A DNA stretch of 64,000 nucleotides from NCBI GenBank assembly GCA_965203905.1, contig CBDBDQ010000005.1:5536001-5600000 (forward strand), given 5' to 3'. Positions within the stretch are counted from its first letter, which is position 1. The number at the start of each line of letters is the position of its first letter. The translations under genes were made by a program, and so were the position numbers. Source of the stretch: Spirochaetia bacterium. Its GTDB lineage: Bacteria > Spirochaetota > Spirochaetia > SZUA-6 > Bin103. Shown piece after piece: positions 59,914 to 64,000 of the stretch. Below the pieces are notes generated by a model that had not been told where the DNA came from, made no database searches, and saw only the letters and a list, made by a program, of their open reading frames with translations.

Positions 59914-59966
59914 TCAGAAATCCATCTCCCGCTTCAGATCCTGGTCGACCCAGACGTAGGCGAGCC
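59914..59966 (-). pseudogene. 3' remnant of a peptide ABC substrate-binding protein gene
   Basis: LAYVWVDQDLKREMDF* resembles a family-5 SBP C-terminus and sits just upstream of dppB. Confidence 0.6.
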
Positions 59967-60057
59967 ACGTTTTGTGCGCATTCAGGTCAAGATCACACCC
60001 GCGGCCCGTACAGCAGACGGCTCAGGAGTGCCGACGATGCCAACGACCGCCATGAGG

Positions 60058-60282
60058 TCATGTCTCGAGAAATTCGCCAGGCTCGATGCCCGCTTGTCTG
60101 AGAATCGCTCTCAGTGTTCCTTCCGGTACATCGCCGGTGTGATTGGGAATTGTTGTCCGGGCTCTCGACACCGGGTTCCACCAGATCTCATGGCTCCCTT
60201 TTGCGATGCGATCGAAGACAAACCCGCGCTCGCCCAACCGCTTGGTGATGTCTCGGTACGAGAACCCAGCGAGCCTCCCCAC
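60058..60282 (-). CDS. hicA: HicA family toxin
   Basis: 74 aa; KGSHEIW, TTIPNH, GTLRAILRQAGI. Confidence 0.93.
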   Translation of the reverse strand: MGRLAGFSYRDITKRLGERGFVFDRIAKGSHEIWWNPVSRARTTIPNHTGDVPEGTLRAILRQAGIEPGEFLET

Positions 60283-60525
60283 TCAGGCAGACACGGCAAC
60301 GTCGAGGTCGACTGAACTGCCCATCCTGCGCAACCCTTCGGGAATAGGATCATCGTGTTCTCGATACGACTCCAAGAGCCTCCGCGCAACATCCTGGGCG
60401 ATCTCGACTGTTTCTTGAACGGTTCTGCCTTGGGCGACCAGACCTGGAAGTTCCTCGGAGGTAGCTAGGTAGTTGCCGTTCTCGACCCGCTCAACGTGAA
60501 GCCGAACGGTGAACTGATCTGACAT
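60283..60525 (-). CDS. hicB: HicB family antitoxin (short, no evident DNA-binding domain)
   Basis: YLATSEELPGLVAQGRTVQETVEIAQDV; abuts hicA. Confidence 0.9.
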   Translation of the reverse strand: MSDQFTVRLHVERVENGNYLATSEELPGLVAQGRTVQETVEIAQDVARRLLESYREHDDPIPEGLRRMGSSVDLDVAVSA

Positions 60526-60812
60526 AGCAGGACCCATCATACCGCCAGTGAGACATCTGAACCAATGGGTCTCGCTGGACCTTGATGATCGGTATCTGCA
60601 GGCCCCCCAGCGGGTTGCGGTACGCAACTAAGCCCGGCCGGCCGTCTCCAGCGTACCGGAGGCAACGTCGACGGCCGTACGGTTGCCCTCCCGGCTCACC
60701 ATCGTGCTCGGCACTCAAAGACGCCTTGGCGATGATCGCCCGGCCGCGTGCACCGTTGTCATCGTCTTCCGTGTCACGGCGTGTCCGTGCCCGACCCGAA
60801 AGTGCGGGCCGG

Positions 60813-60929
60813 AGGACGATCCGCAAATGCTTTGAGCACTACCAGATCCTCCGCCGAGCACGTATTCAGACGGACCTCAGGCAGGAATCCGTAGAGGGTC
60901 GCTCGTTCGATTACCCGCTGCTCGACATA
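60813..60929 (-). pseudogene. Nucleotidyltransferase (DUF6036/AbiEii-like) relic
   Basis: Hand translation YVEQRVIERATLYGFLPEVRLNTCSAEDLVVLKAFADRP matches the recalled SAEDLIVLKAFA.RP motif; not in the ORF track. Confidence 0.55.
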
Positions 60930-61036
60930 TGCGGGTGACGAATCCGCGCAACTCGCCGTTGAGATCGCCCGCCATCAGACGCAGTCTACGAGTTCCGATC
61001 ACGTCCGACAACAATCCTCCCACCCGCAGGGCAGGC

Positions 61037-61270
61037 TCAGCGCGATCGTTCCAGCTTCTGCAGGGCCTTCGTGGCGCGCTCGGCGGCGCGTGCCCCTACC
61101 CGCCGGCCACCCCGCCGCCGCCGCGCAGGCGCGGGTCGAGCAGGTCGCGCAACGCGTCGCCGACCATGTTCAGGCAGTACACCACCAGCGTCAGCGCCAC
61201 CCCCGGCCACATCGCCAGCCGCGGCGCCATCTCCATGTACTGCCGCCCCTCCCGGCTCAGCATCGTGCCC
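61037..61270 (-). pseudogene. 3' tail of the dppC-like permease, near-identical to 57830-58050
   Basis: GTMLSREGRQYMEMAPRLAMWPGVALTLVVYCLNMVGDALRDLLDPRLRGGG...ERATKALQKLER. Confidence 0.88.
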
Positions 61271-62209
<939 letters not shown>

Positions 62210-62220
62210 CGCCGCGGGCC

Positions 62221-63003
62221 CTACATGCCGTAGACCTTGCGCTTCTGTTCCTTGCTGCCGCCGCTCCACTTCGCTTCCCAGGAGTCCGGCTTGTGCACGT
62301 CCTCGAACGGGTAGACATCGACGACGGGAGTGTAGGCACGCGGGTGCTGGGTGACGGCGTGGACAATCGCTTCCGCGATATCCTCCGGCTGCATGAGCTT
62401 GTCGGAGTAGACGTCGTGATTGTCATGCTGCATCTGGGTATCGACGTTCCCGGGCCGAATCAGAACCGCCCGCACGCCGTGCGGACGCCCCTCCTCCTGC
62501 GTAATCCCGGTGAGGCCTGCCACACCCCACTTCGCCGAGCCATACGCCGCCATCTTGTACGGATGGTACTTGCCGGCTAGAGAGGAGACGTTGACGATGT
62601 GGCCGCTTCCCTGCGCGCACAGGTGCGTGAACACCGCCTGCGTACACAGGAAGACCGCCTTGAGGTTGACGTTGATATGGACGTCCCAGTCCGCCTCGCT
62701 GATGTCGGGAATGGCCTTGTGGTCGGCGAATCCGGCGTTGTTCACGAGAATATCCACCCGGCCGAACCGCTCCAGGGTCTGTTGCACCATGGCATCCACG
62801 TCGGACTTGCTGGTCACGTCGGTCCGTACCGGGAGCGCCTCCCGGCCGGAACCTCCAATCTCCTCGGCCAGCTCGTCGATCTCCGCGCCGGTACGCGCGG
62901 CGAGCACAACACCTGCCCCCTCACGAGCAAGGGCAAGGGCGGTGGCTCTCCCGATGCCACGTCCCGCGCCGGTAACGATCGCGACTTTGCCTTCCAGTTT
63001 CAC
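62221..63003 (-). CDS. Short-chain dehydrogenase/reductase (SDR)
   Basis: TGAGRGIG, NNAG, YGSAK catalytic motif; GGAGG before GTG 63003. Confidence 0.93.
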   Translation of the reverse strand: MKLEGKVAIVTGAGRGIGRATALALAREGAGVVLAARTGAEIDELAEEIGGSGREALPVRTDVTSKSDVDAMVQQTLERFGRVDILVNNAGFADHKAIPDISEADWDVHINVNLKAVFLCTQAVFTHLCAQGSGHIVNVSSLAGKYHPYKMAAYGSAKWGVAGLTGITQEEGRPHGVRAVLIRPGNVDTQMQHDNHDVYSDKLMQPEDIAEAIVHAVTQHPRAYTPVVDVYPFEDVHKPDSWEAKWSGGSKEQKRKVYGM

Positions 63004-63102
63004 AGTGACCCCCTCCGCTCCGGCAAGGCTCACGCCGGCCGCGTCAGCCCGTTCGGCGACGGTAAATCATCCCGCCCCGCGGCCATCGGATCAAGCACCT
63101 CG

Positions 63103-63978
63103 TTAGCTGCGCGCTCCCCGCTTGGAGGTTCCGTAGCGGCCGCCGCCGCCCCGCAGGCGCGGGTCGAGCAGGTCGCGCACGGCGTCGCCGAACATGTTGA
63201 TGCCATACACGACAATCGTCAGGCACAACCCCGGCCAGATCGCCAGCCGCGGCGCGATCGTCATGTACTGGCGTCCCTCGCGGCTGAGCATGCCACCCCA
63301 GCTGGGCACATCGGGTGGCAGACCGAAGCCGAGGAAGCTCAGCGAGGCCTCCGCGACGATGGTGGCGCCGATGGTGATCGAGAAGATGATGATGATGGGC
63401 GGCATGACATTCGGCAGCACGTGTCGCCACAGGATCTGCGCGGCGGGGCTGCCAACCGCCCGGGCCGCCTGGAAGTAGTCGTTCTCCTTGATGGCGATGA
63501 CGGCACTGCGCACCACCCGGGAATTGCTGATGCCCGAGGAGATGCCGAGCACGAGAATGATCTGCAGCAGACCGCGGCCGGCCAGCGACATGATCGTCAG
63601 CAACACCAGCAGCCCCGGCATCGACATCCACGCGTCGACGAAGCGCTGCACCACCAGATCGAATCTCCCGCCGAAAAAGCCGGCGGTGCCGCCGATCAGC
63701 GCCGCGACCACCACATGCAAGGTGGTCGCCGCCAGCCCGACGAACAGCGACAGGCGCGCCCCGTGGATCAGGCGGCTCAGGAAGTCGCGTCCCAACTGGT
63801 CGGTGCCGAGCGGATGCAGGCTCGATGGCGCGGCCAGGCGATCGTCCAGGTTCATCTCGCCGAAGCGAAACGGCGCCAGAGCATCGGCAAAGATACTCAC
63901 CAGGATCAACACCAGGATGATGGCGGCCCCGATGGTACCCAACGGATGCTCCCGGAACAGTCTCTTCAGCAGCACCAT
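63103..63978 (-). CDS. Peptide ABC permease (DppC/OppC-like), intact; may start beyond the window end
   Basis: LGTDQLGRDFLSRLIHGARLSL, YFQAARAVG, AEASLSFLGFG, GDAVRDLLDPR; frame is open up to the window edge. Confidence 0.93.
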   Translation of the reverse strand: MVLLKRLFREHPLGTIGAAIILVLILVSIFADALAPFRFGEMNLDDRLAAPSSLHPLGTDQLGRDFLSRLIHGARLSLFVGLAATTLHVVVAALIGGTAGFFGGRFDLVVQRFVDAWMSMPGLLVLLTIMSLAGRGLLQIILVLGISSGISNSRVVRSAVIAIKENDYFQAARAVGSPAAQILWRHVLPNVMPPIIIIFSITIGATIVAEASLSFLGFGLPPDVPSWGGMLSREGRQYMTIAPRLAIWPGLCLTIVVYGINMFGDAVRDLLDPRLRGGGGRYGTSKRGARS

Positions 63979-64000
63979 GCTCGCTACCGGTAGCGCACGC

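Overview
High-GC bacterial chromosome segment. The gene order is spirochaete-like: tamB-bamA-skp-mutS-comF; rimP-nusA-infB-rbfA-truB-ribF-rpsO-pnp-lptF/G-tgt-murJ; a 900-aa GreA; recA-scpAB-rluB-cmk-rpsA; tsaD next to a divergent polysaccharide deacetylase. The taxonomy is an inference from synteny recalled from Borrelia/Treponema. Positions 1-43.6 kb are intact housekeeping genes, almost all on the + strand. A 28-bp dif-like XerCD site lies at 43639-43666, after which gene orientation becomes mixed. 43.7-53.1 kb holds accessory metabolic genes (three Gfo/Idh/MocA oxidoreductases, UroD-like, Uma2, SRAP, a beta-propeller protein), several with leaderless-type promoters. 53.2-63 kb is a decaying accessory island. 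In it, toxin-antitoxin/defence modules (AbiE pair with an operator-like inverted repeat, AAA+PD-(D/E)XK nuclease, HicBA, relics of a DUF2442-like antitoxin and of a second nucleotidyltransferase) alternate with at least five broken copies of one dppC-like peptide ABC permease, some shortened by deletions between short direct repeats. No rRNA, tRNA, CRISPR array, transposase or integrase was recognised. All calls are by eye; no database search was run.
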